Shown here: one piece after another, positions 19,352 to 29,651 of the stretch
Numbering within the stretch: the stretch's first letter is position 1
How the letters are laid out: every line of letters starts with the position of its first letter
NCBI GenBank assembly: GCA_963705305.1
Contig: OY970067.1
Span: 288,001 to 352,000 of the forward strand
Direction of reading: 5' to 3'
Length of the DNA stretch: 64,000 bases
DNA from: an uncultured Methylomirabilota bacterium
Lineage (GTDB): Bacteria; Methylomirabilota; Methylomirabilia; Methylomirabilales; 2-02-FULL-66-22
Program-made: the position numbers and the translations under genes
Notes under the pieces: generated by a model
Databases searched by the model: none
Told to the model about the DNA's origin: nothing
The model's input: only the letters and a program-made list of their open reading frames with translations

Positions 19352-19812
19352 CTCGCGCCTCGATTCTGTCTCGCGACTCACGGCTTGCGTGATCTGTCCG
19401 CGGGGATAGCTCCGGTGGTAGAGAAGCAACGGACCTGTAAAGTAAGGGACGTTGCATCCGGACACTCCTAACGCCGGGCTCCCGAGTGCCCCGCCTCCGC
19501 GACCACGTCTCGATGCGTCAGGGATCCCGCGCTACGCGATGGTGCGCAGGTTCGGACGGCAAGCGGTCGGCCGCGAGGACATCGACGGATTTCGTCGCCC
19601 CCATCGCCACGCCGGTGGTCGGCATCCGCCAGGCTGCCGGCCTGCTCCGCGATTCTCTCCATCGCAGCACCCACGGGGCCGTGCGCTGGTCCGCCCCCCT
19701 GCCGAAAAGGCGCTAGGAGCGTCGCGCCAAGCCGGCCCCTCTCGTGAACGTGCCTGGAGCTCCGGAGGGTCTGCTGCCGCAGATCGGACGAGGCGCGTGC
19801 CGAGCGCGGTCC

Positions 19813-20694
19813 TCAGAGGTTCAGCAAGAACGCCGGATTATCCTGGATCATGGTCTTGATGTGCTCGGCCGGGATGCCTTTCTCCAAGAGCACCCGGACG
19901 AACATCCGCAATCCCTCTGCGGGCGGCGGATTGTGGACCTGTCCCAGGTCCGTGGCCAGAACCGTCCGCTCCGGCCCCACCGCCCTGATCATTTCGACCA
20001 CGCCGTCGATTCCGGCCTTCGTCGGCCACATGGGGAACATGAAGATGGCCAGGTGCTCGATGAAAGCCCCCAGCTTCGCCAGCTCCTTTTGCTCCTCGAT
20101 GGAACCGTTGATGATGTACTCCGGGTGGTTTACGTACAACCGCTTCACCCCCCGGTCCTTGGCCGCCCGGAGAACCGCGCGGGCCTCGGGAATCGACAGG
20201 TGACCCGTGGCGAGAACCACATCGGCGGCAGCGATCACGTCGATCACCTCATGGACCTCGGGTTTCAGGTGGCCCTCGTCGTCAAAGACCGTGATTGGCC
20301 TCTCCTTGAGGCGCACCGCGCCGGCCTGCTTCATGGATCCGCCAAAGTCCGGCGCCCCCATCTGCGTGAGATGGTTCTTCGCCGACAGGGTGGGAAACCA
20401 CACAAACTTGGCGCCCAGCTTGATGGCCGCATCGGCGGCAAAGGGGTTGATCCCTCCTACGGCATTGTTGAGGGCCACACCGCCAAACACCTCGATGCCG
20501 GAAACGAGCTTCCGGACGAAGTACATCCGGTCCGAGGTATAGCCGTGGTGCTCTTTGAGCACGACGGCGCGCATCCCCATGGCCCGAGCCCCCTCGGCGA
20601 CCTCGACATGATCGACGAGTCGCGGGAACAGGCTGGGTGCCGAATGGATGTGGACATCGATGGCCCCTTGCAGCAACGCCAAGTCTTCCCTCAT
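19813..20694 (-). CDS. Amidohydrolase-like metallo-hydrolase (DUF6282-like)
   Basis: AIDVHIHSAP, VVLKEH, GGVALN..VGGINP, VWFPT, LATGH, VNHP, LATDLGQ; start MREDL after AGGAGG. Confidence 0.8.
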   Translation of the reverse strand: MREDLALLQGAIDVHIHSAPSLFPRLVDHVEVAEGARAMGMRAVVLKEHHGYTSDRMYFVRKLVSGIEVFGGVALNNAVGGINPFAADAAIKLGAKFVWFPTLSAKNHLTQMGAPDFGGSMKQAGAVRLKERPITVFDDEGHLKPEVHEVIDVIAAADVVLATGHLSIPEARAVLRAAKDRGVKRLYVNHPEYIINGSIEEQKELAKLGAFIEHLAIFMFPMWPTKAGIDGVVEMIRAVGPERTVLATDLGQVHNPPPAEGLRMFVRVLLEKGIPAEHIKTMIQDNPAFLLNL

Positions 20695-20815
20695 GGCTCC
20701 CTCCTGAAATGCTGCCCCGGCTCGCCAGCGCGGATCCCCGGCAAGGCGGGCGTGCGATCTATGCGATTGGGTGTGCAACCGGCGCCGACCGGCGCCCGAT
20801 CACTGCTCTCGTGCG

Positions 20816-21610
20816 TCAAGGCTCGCAGCGCAGCTTACGAACTTCTGCGACCACGGCAACGAGGTACTCCACAACCTTTTCCAGCAGGAGGTCCCCCTTC
20901 TCCTTGGTGGCCCCCGCCGCATTGCCGACCACGCCGCTCTTGGTGATCTCGTCGAAGTCCAGCGCCGAGGTGATCTCGCCGGGCCTCGTCCCCAGGCGCA
21001 GGACGGTGGACTTCTTTGCGGCGATCCCGGTCCCCTGCAGACTCCCCAGGAACCCCGGCTCGTGCCGCTCCATGTGGACGAGATCGGGGTGGGCGGCCAG
21101 GAGGCCGGCGCACTCGACCTCGGAGGCGTGGCCCGGCGGGAGATCCTCGGGGCGCGAGCTCCACAGCTCCTTGGTGAGCTGGAAGCCCAGGTCCCACCAG
21201 TCCACGGAGGCGGTGAAGGCCTGGTGCCGCTTCTTCAGCTCCTCCATGGCGATCTTGATGGCCGGGCCGTTGTGCCCATGCCCGTTGATAAACAGAATCC
21301 TCCGCAGACCGTGCCGGCACAGGGAGTCGCCCACCTCGACGAGCACGCGGGCCAGGGTGTCCGGGCTGACCGTGATAGTGCCCGGGAAGGCCATGTGGCA
21401 CTCCGAAACCCCGTACGGGACGGCGGGGAGCACGACGGCCCCGGACCGCTCGGCCACCCGCTCGGCCACCGTGCTGGCGGACAGCGTATCCGATCCCAGA
21501 GGCATGTGATATCCGTGCTGCTCGAGGGCGCCCACGGGGATGAGGGCGACCTCCCCGGCCGCCAGCGCGTCTCGCGCCTGTTCCCACGTCATCTCTTGCA
21601 ATCTTGCCAT
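20816..21610 (-). CDS. Creatininase-family cyclic amide hydrolase
   Basis: PVGALEQHGYHMPLGSD, YGVSECHMAFPGT, INGHGHN, GHASEVE. Confidence 0.9.
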   Translation of the reverse strand: MARLQEMTWEQARDALAAGEVALIPVGALEQHGYHMPLGSDTLSASTVAERVAERSGAVVLPAVPYGVSECHMAFPGTITVSPDTLARVLVEVGDSLCRHGLRRILFINGHGHNGPAIKIAMEELKKRHQAFTASVDWWDLGFQLTKELWSSRPEDLPPGHASEVECAGLLAAHPDLVHMERHEPGFLGSLQGTGIAAKKSTVLRLGTRPGEITSALDFDEITKSGVVGNAAGATKEKGDLLLEKVVEYLVAVVAEVRKLRCEP

Positions 21611-21622
21611 GGCTAGCCTCCT

Positions 21623-22384
21623 TTAAGGTCGTCCGGATGCCTGCCCCTCCGGCGGCTCGCTCTTCGAGGGCCCGGAGCGGATCCCGCCGAGGAACGCCTG
21701 GAGGACCCGCGGGTCCCGGGCCAGGTCCGCTCCCGACCCGCTGGCGACGACCGTCCCGCGCTCCAGCACGAACCCCCAGGTGGCCAACACCAGGGCCATC
21801 CGGGCGTTCTGCTCTACCAGGAGAATGGCGATCCCCCGGTCCGCCAGGGTGCGGATGATCCGGGCCACGGCCTGGACGTTGACGGGCGACAGCCCCAGGA
21901 AGGGCTCGTCGAGGAGCAGCACTTTGGGCCGGGCCATGAGGCCGCGCCCGATGGCCAATAGCTGCTGCTCTCCGCCGCTCAAGGTCCCGCCCAGCTGCGC
22001 TTTTCGCTCGGCCAGGACCGGCAGGAGATCGTAGACACCGCGCAGGCGCCTGCCAATTTCCCCACGCTGGGTGACGGTGAATGCCGCGAGGAGGAGGTTT
22101 TCCTCCACGGTCATGTCCGGGAAGATCTTGCGCTCTTCGGGAACATGGGCGATCCCCAGGCGAACGATGCGATGCGGGGCAAGACCGACGAGAGAGGTCC
22201 CCTGGAAATGCATGGTTCCCTGGCCGGGCCGCACCAGCCCCGAGATGGCCTTCAGGGTGGTGGACTTCCCGGCGCCGTTGGAGCCGATGAGGGCCGTCAC
22301 CCCGTTGGGCGGCACACGGAAGGAGACCCCCTGGAGAGCCTCGACACGTCCGTACCGCACCGTGAGGGATTGCAACTCAAGCAA
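21623..22384 (-). CDS. Branched-chain-type ABC ATPase (LivF-like)
   Basis: GSNGAGKS, LSGGEQQ, LLLDEP. Confidence 0.9.
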   Translation of the reverse strand: MLELQSLTVRYGRVEALQGVSFRVPPNGVTALIGSNGAGKSTTLKAISGLVRPGQGTMHFQGTSLVGLAPHRIVRLGIAHVPEERKIFPDMTVEENLLLAAFTVTQRGEIGRRLRGVYDLLPVLAERKAQLGGTLSGGEQQLLAIGRGLMARPKVLLLDEPFLGLSPVNVQAVARIIRTLADRGIAILLVEQNARMALVLATWGFVLERGTVVASGSGADLARDPRVLQAFLGGIRSGPSKSEPPEGQASGRP

Positions 22385-23147
22385 GGGCCACGGCCTCCCC
22401 GAGATAGACCTTGACCACTTCCGGGTTCGCCTGGATCGCCGCCGGGGACCCCTCGGCGAGCTTCCGCCCGAAATGCAGGACCGCGAGGCGGTCGCACAGG
22501 TTCATGACGAGGTCCATGTTGTGCTCGACCAGAATCATCGTCACCCCCCGCTCGCGGACGCGGACGATGGCCTCCCGGAGCGTATGACTCTCGGTGGGAT
22601 TGAGTCCCGCGGCCGGCTCGTCGAGGCACAGGAGCGCGGGCTCCGCCATGAGGGCGATGGCCAGCTCGAGCTTGCGGAGGAGGCCGTAGGGCAGGGCGGC
22701 CGCCCGCCGGTCGCGCTCGGCATCGAGCTCCAAGAACGCGAGGGTCTCCCCCGCCAGGGCCAGGGTGGCGGCGGCCTCGCGGCGATGCCGGGACATTCGG
22801 AACAGCGCGTCGGCCAACCCGGCCGCCGTCCGGCGGTGCCTGCCGATAAGCAGATTCTCCAGCACGGTGAGCTGTGGGAACACGCTCGTCTTCTGGTAGG
22901 TCCGGATGATGCCGGCCTGCGCAACGCGGTGCGGCGGCAGCCCGGTGATGTCCCGGCCATTGAGGGCCACCCGGCCGGCGCTGGGGCGCTCGAACCCCGT
23001 GATGACGTTGAAGAGCGTGGTCTTCCCGGCGCCGTTCGGCCCGATGAGGCCGAGGATCTCCCCCGGCTCCACTGTGAGGTCGAAGCCGTCCAGGGCCGCC
23101 AGGCCCCCGAACCGCTTGCCGAGCGCTACTACTTCGAGGAGGGGCAT
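22377..23147 (-). CDS. Branched-chain-type ABC ATPase (LivG-like)
   Basis: GPNGAGKTT, LPYG, LDEPAAGLN. Confidence 0.9.
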   Translation of the reverse strand: MPLLEVVALGKRFGGLAALDGFDLTVEPGEILGLIGPNGAGKTTLFNVITGFERPSAGRVALNGRDITGLPPHRVAQAGIIRTYQKTSVFPQLTVLENLLIGRHRRTAAGLADALFRMSRHRREAAATLALAGETLAFLELDAERDRRAAALPYGLLRKLELAIALMAEPALLCLDEPAAGLNPTESHTLREAIVRVRERGVTMILVEHNMDLVMNLCDRLAVLHFGRKLAEGSPAAIQANPEVVKVYLGEAVALA

Positions 23148-24109
23148 TCACACCGCCGTGTAAGGAACCGGTCGCCAAGTGCCTCGAGCAGGCCGCCGAA
23201 GCCTCGCGGCATGAAGACGATGCCCGCCACCATGACGGCGCCGAGGAGCACCATACGGAGATCCTGGGCGGCCCGAAGGTACTCCGGGACCGCCGTGAAG
23301 AATACGACCCCCAGGATGGGGCCGAGGATGTAACCCATGCCCCCGATGATGGCCATGCTGAAGAGCAGCGTGATGTAGTAGAAGCTGAAGAGATCCGGGC
23401 TCACGATGCCCACATAGTGGGCAAACAGGGACCCGCCCATCCCCCCCAGGACCGCGCTGATGACGAAGGCCAGCAGCTTGAAGCGGAACGCATCCACGCC
23501 CAGCGCCTGGGCGAGCGCCTCGTTCTCGCGGATCGCGAGGAAGGCGCGGCCGACCCGCGAATCCCGGATCAGCTTGACCACCAGGGTGGCCAGCGCGGCA
23601 AAGGTGACCGCAAGGTAGTAGTAGGCAAGATCCGAGCGGAATTCAAAGTGAAAGAGACCGGGAATCCCGACCGCCGGGGAGGGAACCCCCGGGATGCCCA
23701 GCGGTCCCCTCGTGAACTCCACCCAGTTGCGGATGACGAGGGCCAGGATATCCTGGAAGGCCCAGGTGACCAGCGCGAAATAGGGTCCCCGGAGGTAGAG
23801 CGACGGATAGCCGATGAGGAGGCCGAATGCGGCGCTGACGGCGAATGAGGCCCCGAGCCCGCCCCAGAAGGACCACCCGTACAGCGTCGTGGCGATGCCG
23901 GAGGCGTAGGCTCCCAGCCCGAAAAAGGCGGTGTACCCGAAGGGGAGCTCGCCCACCAGGCCGAGGATCACGTTCAGGCCCATCACCACAACGAGGTAGA
24001 TGGCCGCCAGGTTCAGGATGGAGCGGTAGTAGCTGCTCCCGCTGAGCCAGGGGAGGATCCCCAGGAAGGCAACGAGGGCGACCGCGCAGAGGGGCCGGTT
24101 GGTCCTCAT
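23129..24109 (-). CDS. Branched-chain-type ABC permease (LivM-like)
   Basis: LRGPYFALVT, SRVGRAFLAIRENE; ATG 24109 overlaps the upstream stop. Confidence 0.88.
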   Translation of the reverse strand: MRTNRPLCAVALVAFLGILPWLSGSSYYRSILNLAAIYLVVVMGLNVILGLVGELPFGYTAFFGLGAYASGIATTLYGWSFWGGLGASFAVSAAFGLLIGYPSLYLRGPYFALVTWAFQDILALVIRNWVEFTRGPLGIPGVPSPAVGIPGLFHFEFRSDLAYYYLAVTFAALATLVVKLIRDSRVGRAFLAIRENEALAQALGVDAFRFKLLAFVISAVLGGMGGSLFAHYVGIVSPDLFSFYYITLLFSMAIIGGMGYILGPILGVVFFTAVPEYLRAAQDLRMVLLGAVMVAGIVFMPRGFGGLLEALGDRFLTRRCECPSSK

Positions 24110-24978
24110 GCGCGCCGCACCCGCTGGAAGATGCCTTCGGGCCGCCACAGGAGCACGAGGATCATGATGACCAACCCGAAGGAGTCCTTGTAGTCGATAC
24201 TGATGAACCCCCCGCCCAGGCTCTCCGCAACCCCCAGGAGGAGGCCGCCGCCGAAAGCCCCCACGATGTTCCCCATGCCGCCCATGACGATCACAACGAA
24301 CGCCTTGATCAGCATGAAATTCCCCATCAGCGGCTCAACGTCGTAGAGGGGGGCCAGCAGGGCGCCCGCCAGGGCGGCCAACGCCCCTCCCAGAGCGAAG
24401 ACCAGCGCGTAGGTGGCGTCCACGTTCACGCCCATGAGCGCCGCCGTCTCGTGGTCGCGCGCGACCGCGCGGATGGCGCGGCCCCAGCGGCCGTGACGGA
24501 TGAAGGCGGTCACCGCCAGGCTGAGACCGCAGGCCATCAGCAGCACCAGGAGCTTCTGCTGCGTGAGGAAGATGCCGCCGAGCACGACGGGCGCGTAGGC
24601 CATGGGGGTTCGGACTGTCTGGGGGTTCGGCCCGAACACGAGCTGGACGAGATTCTCGAGGACGACGGCCACCCCCGAGGTGGCCAGCAGGCTGACGACT
24701 TCGCCGCGCCCGCGAAGGGGCCGCACCGCCAGCCTTTCACAGAGGATCGCCACGGCGGCGACGACGACCACGGCGATGGGCAGCGTGGCCCCGTACCCCC
24801 AGCCGAGCCGTTTCAGCACGACGAAGGTGGTGAAGCCCCCCAGCATGTAGAAGGCGCCCTGGGCCACGTTGATGACCCGCATGATCCCGAAGATCAGGGT
24901 CAGTCCGATGGCGATCAGGGCATAGATCGCGCCCTGCACCAGCCCGTTCGCCACCTGCTGGAAAAAAAGCATGGCCAT
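24106..24978 (-). CDS. Branched-chain-type ABC permease (LivH-like)
   Basis: NGLVQGAIYALIAIGLTLIFG, GRAIRAV, LIKAF. Confidence 0.9.
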   Translation of the reverse strand: MAMLFFQQVANGLVQGAIYALIAIGLTLIFGIMRVINVAQGAFYMLGGFTTFVVLKRLGWGYGATLPIAVVVVAAVAILCERLAVRPLRGRGEVVSLLATSGVAVVLENLVQLVFGPNPQTVRTPMAYAPVVLGGIFLTQQKLLVLLMACGLSLAVTAFIRHGRWGRAIRAVARDHETAALMGVNVDATYALVFALGGALAALAGALLAPLYDVEPLMGNFMLIKAFVVIVMGGMGNIVGAFGGGLLLGVAESLGGGFISIDYKDSFGLVIMILVLLWRPEGIFQRVRRA

Positions 24979-25011
24979 CTTAAGGCCTCACGCTCGTGCA
25001 AGGAGTGCCGG

Positions 25012-26148
25012 CTATTTGATCGTGATGTAGCGTCCGCCCTTCACCTGAACGATGTGCGGTCGAACCTGCGCCTGGTGCTTCTCATCGAACTTCCAAGTCC
25101 CTCCGGGACCCTCCCAAACCAGGCTCTCGAGCGCCGTGCGGATCGCGTCGAGATTCGTGTCCGTTCCCGCCTTGTCGATTCCCAGGGCGGCCACCCACAT
25201 GCCGCAGTAGCCCGAGTGGGAGTAGGTCTGGGCCGGGTCCTTCCCGAACATCTTCCGGTACTCCTCCTTGAAGTGGATCGAGGCCGGGTCGGTGAGGTCC
25301 GGCGTCCAGGGCACGACCGCATAGGAGCCCTCGGCGTTTTGCCCGGCGCCCTTCAGGAAGCTCGGGCTGTAGTTGTTCTCCGAGCCGTAGAGGTGAATGC
25401 CCAGCATGCCAAGGGCGGCCATCTGGTTTACGATCTGCGAATTCTGCGGATCGCGGGCCACCATGTAGATCGCGGTGGGGTTCAGGGCCTTGATCTTCGT
25501 GAGGACGGTGGAGAAGTCGGTGTCCTGGAAGTTGAAGGTCCCGGTGAAGACGACCTTGGGATTCCCGAGCCGCTGGAACTCCTTCTCGAAGGCCGCCGCA
25601 TCCGAGCGCCCCCAGTCGTCATTCACGACCAGGATTGCGATGGTGCTCCCCGGCTTCTCGTTTCCGGCGATGAACTCGGCGAATCCCCGGGCGATGATCA
25701 GGCTGTTGCTGGAGGTCCGGAAGAAGTAGCGGGCCCCCTGCTCGGTCAATCCCGGCGCGTAGGACAGCGGGGCGATCTGCAGCACGTTCTCCTTCTTGGT
25801 CACTTCCAGCATGGCGTAGGTCGAGGAGCTGCACAGCTCGCCAAGGAGAATCCGGCGGCCCGCCGCGATCAGCTTCTTCGTGACCGCCGTAGTCTGGGCC
25901 GGGTTGCACGCGCCGTCTTCAACCGTAATCTCGATCTTCCGGCCGCCCAGGATCCCGCCCTTGGCGTTGATCTCGTCCACCGCCACCTTGATGCCGTCCA
26001 GGAGGTTGGTTCCCTGGTACGCGCCGTTGCCGGTCAAAGGCTGGACCACACCGATCTGGACCGGGGGGCCGGCCGCCAGAGCGGCTAACGGCAGAACCGG
26101 CAAGATCCCCAGGCACACGAGGAAAAACTTGAAGCTTCGGATCTGCAT
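25012..26148 (-). CDS. ABC substrate-binding protein (LivK/Peripla_BP_6 type)
   Basis: Signal peptide, IGVVQPLTG, EINAKGGILG, GELCSS. Confidence 0.9.
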   Translation of the reverse strand: MQIRSFKFFLVCLGILPVLPLAALAAGPPVQIGVVQPLTGNGAYQGTNLLDGIKVAVDEINAKGGILGGRKIEITVEDGACNPAQTTAVTKKLIAAGRRILLGELCSSSTYAMLEVTKKENVLQIAPLSYAPGLTEQGARYFFRTSSNSLIIARGFAEFIAGNEKPGSTIAILVVNDDWGRSDAAAFEKEFQRLGNPKVVFTGTFNFQDTDFSTVLTKIKALNPTAIYMVARDPQNSQIVNQMAALGMLGIHLYGSENNYSPSFLKGAGQNAEGSYAVVPWTPDLTDPASIHFKEEYRKMFGKDPAQTYSHSGYCGMWVAALGIDKAGTDTNLDAIRTALESLVWEGPGGTWKFDEKHQAQVRPHIVQVKGGRYITIK

Positions 26149-26196
26149 GGTTACTCCTCCTTCTTGACCGCCCCAGGATGACGTGCACCGCGCAGG

Positions 26197-27063
26197 CTAG
26201 CGATGAGATCGCGCGCCTCGAGCCGGCTTGGCGGCCCGAGCAGTGGCATGAATCCGATTCGCCGCGCCTCGAGCCGCCCAGGGTTGCCGGACCCCGTTAG
26301 GCGCGGCCACCCCTCCGGATGCATGCCTCAGCTCCCGCGCCGCCTCCATGAGGGTGCCCGCCAGGCGATGCGCCAGGGTCTCGGGGAGCCGCTCGGCGGG
26401 CGCGGCTATCGCGAGGCTCCCCACGGCTATGCCCTCGGCATCGAGGACAGGTGCGGCCACCGCCCGGACACCCGGATAGATTTCCTGGAGGCTGACTGCA
26501 TATCCAAGCTCTTGGGTCTTCTGAAGCTCCGCACGCAGCGCGCGCGGATCGGTGATCGTGTGCTCGGTGAATCGCTGCAGGGGGCGGCCGAGGAGCCTCC
26601 GCTGATCCTGGGCGCGGAGGAACGCCAGGATCGCCCGCATGGATGCCCCCGCGTGGAGCGGGATAGTCCGCCCGCGCTCCGGCCGTACGAGGAGAGGATG
26701 CGGGCTCTCGACCCGCTCGGCGCAGACCCCGAAGTCGCCGCTTCGGAGGACCAGCTGCACGGTCTCACCGGTCTGCTGGGCGAGGCGCTCCATGAGCGGG
26801 CGCGCCCGCCTGACCAGGCCCAGATCGGCGGCGAGGGCCTCCGACAGCTGCAGGAAGCGGGGGGAGAGGCGGTAGGTTCGGTGCTGGGGATCCTCTTCGA
26901 GGACCCCGCGATCCCGGAAGGTGACGAGATACCGGTACGTCGTGCTGAGCGGCAATCGCAGCGCGTCCGCGAGATCCGCCGGCGTCCACCGAGACCGGTC
27001 GGTGGAGAAGGCGAAAAGCAGGTCCACCGCCTTGGCGACCGATTTGATGGGCCGTTGAGACAT
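26197..27063 (-). CDS. IclR-family transcriptional regulator
   Basis: IKSVAKAVDLL, LPLSTTYRYL, TGETV, PLHAGAS, GVRAVAAP; start may be GTG 27087. Confidence 0.9.
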   Translation of the reverse strand: MSQRPIKSVAKAVDLLFAFSTDRSRWTPADLADALRLPLSTTYRYLVTFRDRGVLEEDPQHRTYRLSPRFLQLSEALAADLGLVRRARPLMERLAQQTGETVQLVLRSGDFGVCAERVESPHPLLVRPERGRTIPLHAGASMRAILAFLRAQDQRRLLGRPLQRFTEHTITDPRALRAELQKTQELGYAVSLQEIYPGVRAVAAPVLDAEGIAVGSLAIAAPAERLPETLAHRLAGTLMEAARELRHASGGVAAPNGVRQPWAARGAANRIHATARAAKPARGARSHR

Positions 27064-27087
27064 GCTGATCCGGTTTGGCCGCCCCAC

Positions 27088-27474
27088 TCACTCCGCGAGC
27101 GCGACAAGATCCATCTCCACGTCCACGCCTCGCGGCAGCTCCTTGACCCCGATGCAGGTCCGGGTGGGCGGCTCTGTCGGGAAGAACCGTCGGTAGACCT
27201 CGTTCATCGGCTCGAACCACGACATGTTGGTAAGGTAGACGCCGACGCGGATCGCACTGGAGAGGGACAGTCCCGCCGCCTCCACGATCGCCTTGAGGTT
27301 CTTGAGGACCTGCTCGGTTTGCGCTTGGATGTCCCCCCGAACGAACTCTCCCCGCTCGGGATCGTAGGGGAGCTGGCCGGACACGTAGAGGATGCCCCCC
27401 GCGCGGATGGCCTGGCTCAACGGGGACTTGGAGACGAAGGCTTTCGGCGTCGTGACGATTTCCCTCTTCCCCAT
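27088..27474 (-). CDS. RidA/YjgF-family reactive imine deaminase
   Basis: PLSQAI, LYVSGQ, MNEVY, PPTRTCIGV..LP..VDVE. Confidence 0.9.
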   Translation of the reverse strand: MGKREIVTTPKAFVSKSPLSQAIRAGGILYVSGQLPYDPERGEFVRGDIQAQTEQVLKNLKAIVEAAGLSLSSAIRVGVYLTNMSWFEPMNEVYRRFFPTEPPTRTCIGVKELPRGVDVEMDLVALAE

Positions 27475-27497
27475 GGCCGGCTTCCTCCACATAGCGG

Positions 27498-27563
27498 ATT
27501 CTTACATTGAAAGAATTATTTCTAACGAAGCAATAATGTACGCCTCACCTCAGGTGCTGTCAA
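27498..27563 (-). promoter_or_regulatory. Sigma70 promoter with downstream palindrome (candidate IclR operator)
   Basis: Minus strand TTGACA (27563-27558), 17 nt, TACATT (27540-27535); ATTCTT-N7-AAGAAT at 27498-27516. Confidence 0.65.
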
Positions 27564-27733
27564 GTGGAGTATCTCAGAGAGAAGGGCGGGGTTCCAGCAA
27601 TCTCCGCCCGATCGCGACACCAAGCTTCAAGCCGCCCCTATGCTGGAGCCAGCCGAGGATCGGTCGCCCGATGACCCGCATGCCCCGGGGGACATGACGC
27701 CAGGCGATCGATGCCGCATTGCCTGAAAATGCA

Positions 27734-27763
27734 TGACCCCCCGCGGGCGACCGCGGGGGGTCA
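27734..27763 (-). terminator. Intrinsic terminator-like hairpin after the orphan binding protein
   Basis: TGACCCCCCGCGG-GCGA-CCGCGGGGGGTCA, followed on the minus strand by TGCATTTT. Confidence 0.6.
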
Positions 27764-27801
27764 GTCGGAAGGAACCGTCAGTCCTTGGATTCGGCGAGGG
27801 T

Positions 27802-28950
27802 CTACTTCGCCCGGACGTTGACGACTTTGATCAGCTTGTGCTGGCCCTGCTCGATCCGCACGACGCTCACCTCGGACAGGCCGTCCCCGTTCGGCGTGAA
27901 GTTGAACGCGCCCAGCACCCCCTGGTAGCCCTGGGTGGCCAGGAGGGCCTCGCGGATCTTGGCGCGGTCCTCGCCGGCCTTCCGGATCGCGTTCACAAGG
28001 ATGTTCAGCCCGTCATAGGTCCAGGCCGAGGTCGGGTCGAAGGATTCGTGGTACTCCTCCTGGTAGGCCGCCGCGTACTGGCGCGTGGCCGGGCTGGAGC
28101 CGGGCACATAGTCGGTCACGCCGAGGATGCCCTCGGCAGCCTCCTTGGCCAGGTTCAGGCAGTCCCGCTCGACGCTGGAGGGCGTGCCGATGAACTGGTA
28201 CGGCGAGCCGAGCTGGCGGTACTGGCGCAGGACCACCGCCGCATCTTCGGGGTTCGTCACGTACAGGACGAGGATCTGGGCCCCGGCGTTCTTGATCGAC
28301 AGGAGTTGCGCCGTATAGTCCTTGTCCTTGGTCGTGTACCTCTCTCGCTTCACGACCGTGAGGCCCGCCTGCTTGGCCCCCGCCTCCACCAGATCGGCGC
28401 CTCCCGTCCCGAAGGCATCACTGTCGTGCAGGATGCCCACCTTGGTCAGCTTGGCGTCCTCCTTGATGTACTTCACGATCGCGGCGGCGGCGATGGAATC
28501 GTCCGGCCGCACCCGGAACAGCCAGGGATTGCCCTGCCGGGTGAGGGTCGCGTTCGTCCCGCCGATGATGGTGGGGACGCCGTAGCCCTTGATCGCATCC
28601 GAGATGGCGAGGATCTGCGTGCTTTTCACCGTACTGACCAGCGCGAGCACCTTGTCCTGCTCCACCGCCTTCTGGAGCGCCGCCAACGCCCCGGGGTTGG
28701 TGGACTGGTTGTCCTCGATCCGAAGGTCGATCTTCTTGCCGTGCACACCGCCCGCCTCATTGATCTGCTTGAGCGCCAGCTTGATGGCCTTGCTCTGGTA
28801 CGATCCCTGGGCTGCCGAGGCTCCCGTGAGCGGCGGCGTGAAGCCGAGCCTGATTTCCTGTGCGCTCGTCGGGGCCGGCGCGCCGAGGAGCCCGCAGACC
28901 GCGAAAAGGATGGTGCCGACCAACAACATACGCCCCAGATGCCGCATCAT
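27802..28950 (-). CDS. Orphan ABC substrate-binding protein (LivK type)
   Basis: Signal peptide, LGFTPPLTG, QINEAGGVHG, WLFRVRPDD; AAGGAGG RBS. Confidence 0.9.
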   Translation of the reverse strand: MMRHLGRMLLVGTILFAVCGLLGAPAPTSAQEIRLGFTPPLTGASAAQGSYQSKAIKLALKQINEAGGVHGKKIDLRIEDNQSTNPGALAALQKAVEQDKVLALVSTVKSTQILAISDAIKGYGVPTIIGGTNATLTRQGNPWLFRVRPDDSIAAAAIVKYIKEDAKLTKVGILHDSDAFGTGGADLVEAGAKQAGLTVVKRERYTTKDKDYTAQLLSIKNAGAQILVLYVTNPEDAAVVLRQYRQLGSPYQFIGTPSSVERDCLNLAKEAAEGILGVTDYVPGSSPATRQYAAAYQEEYHESFDPTSAWTYDGLNILVNAIRKAGEDRAKIREALLATQGYQGVLGAFNFTPNGDGLSEVSVVRIEQGQHKLIKVVNVRAK

Positions 28951-29528
28951 TTACGCCTCCTTGTCCCCCGCTCCCGTGTCCGGTTGTTGGCTCAGACCCC
29001 CTCCTATACTCACATGTGGGTCCTGTTCGCCCGGTGAGCGGCTGGTCCACCGGCCGAGCCGGAGCATCGATCTCAGCCGAGGTCTTGGCGATCAGGCCGC
29101 CGGGACGGCATGGCAGGATCCTGGCGGGTCTCCCGGGGGGCGGGAAAAGGTGCCAGGCTCCTTGTTGGCAGGAGCGCGGGGAGAAGGATGATGAGACAAG
29201 AGCGGGCGCGTCCGGCCATTGGCCTGGCTCGGGTCCGGAGCGCTGACCCTGCCCCACCGCATGGAATCTCCTTCGTCGATGATCTCAGCGACTGACAACA
29301 GTCCGCAGAGTACTCCCGGCCTCCTCGGCCTGTCAAGAAGAGCTAAAGGCAGCTTGGATCTAAGGTTGATCGAACGGTCCTCCTCAAAGCAGCCGGCCCC
29401 CCTGCTATCCCTGCCGGCTGTCAGGGTGACACGCGGGCCCTGCCCCGCGGACACGCCCGGCCGGACGTTCGAGCGATGGATGGGCCCATTTTTCCATGGG
29501 TTACCGCCTCGGGCGACAGTTTCCCCGG

Positions 29529-29544
29529 TGGCACAGAGCTTGCG
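29529..29544 (+). promoter_or_regulatory. Sigma54 (-24/-12) promoter
   Basis: TGGCACAGAGCTTGCG fits TGGCAC-N5-TTGC; palindrome TGTCA-GGG-TGACA about 100 bp upstream. Confidence 0.75.
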
Positions 29545-29651
29545 TCTCGGGGGATGGCGTGGAGCACATTCAACCTTTTCCCTTGAAAGGAATCCAATCT
29601 AGCAGAACAAACACACCATATCCTTCCACCACTCACACGGGAGGCCGTAAC

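Noticed and set aside
19452..19800. Short ORFs between the secreted protein and the amidohydrolase
   Set aside because: No RBS or recognisable motif; possibly gene debris but not identifiable
29143..29165. GAAAAGGTGCCAGGCTCCTT, a REP-like motif
   Set aside because: Single copy in the window and no associated Y1 transposase, so it cannot be supported
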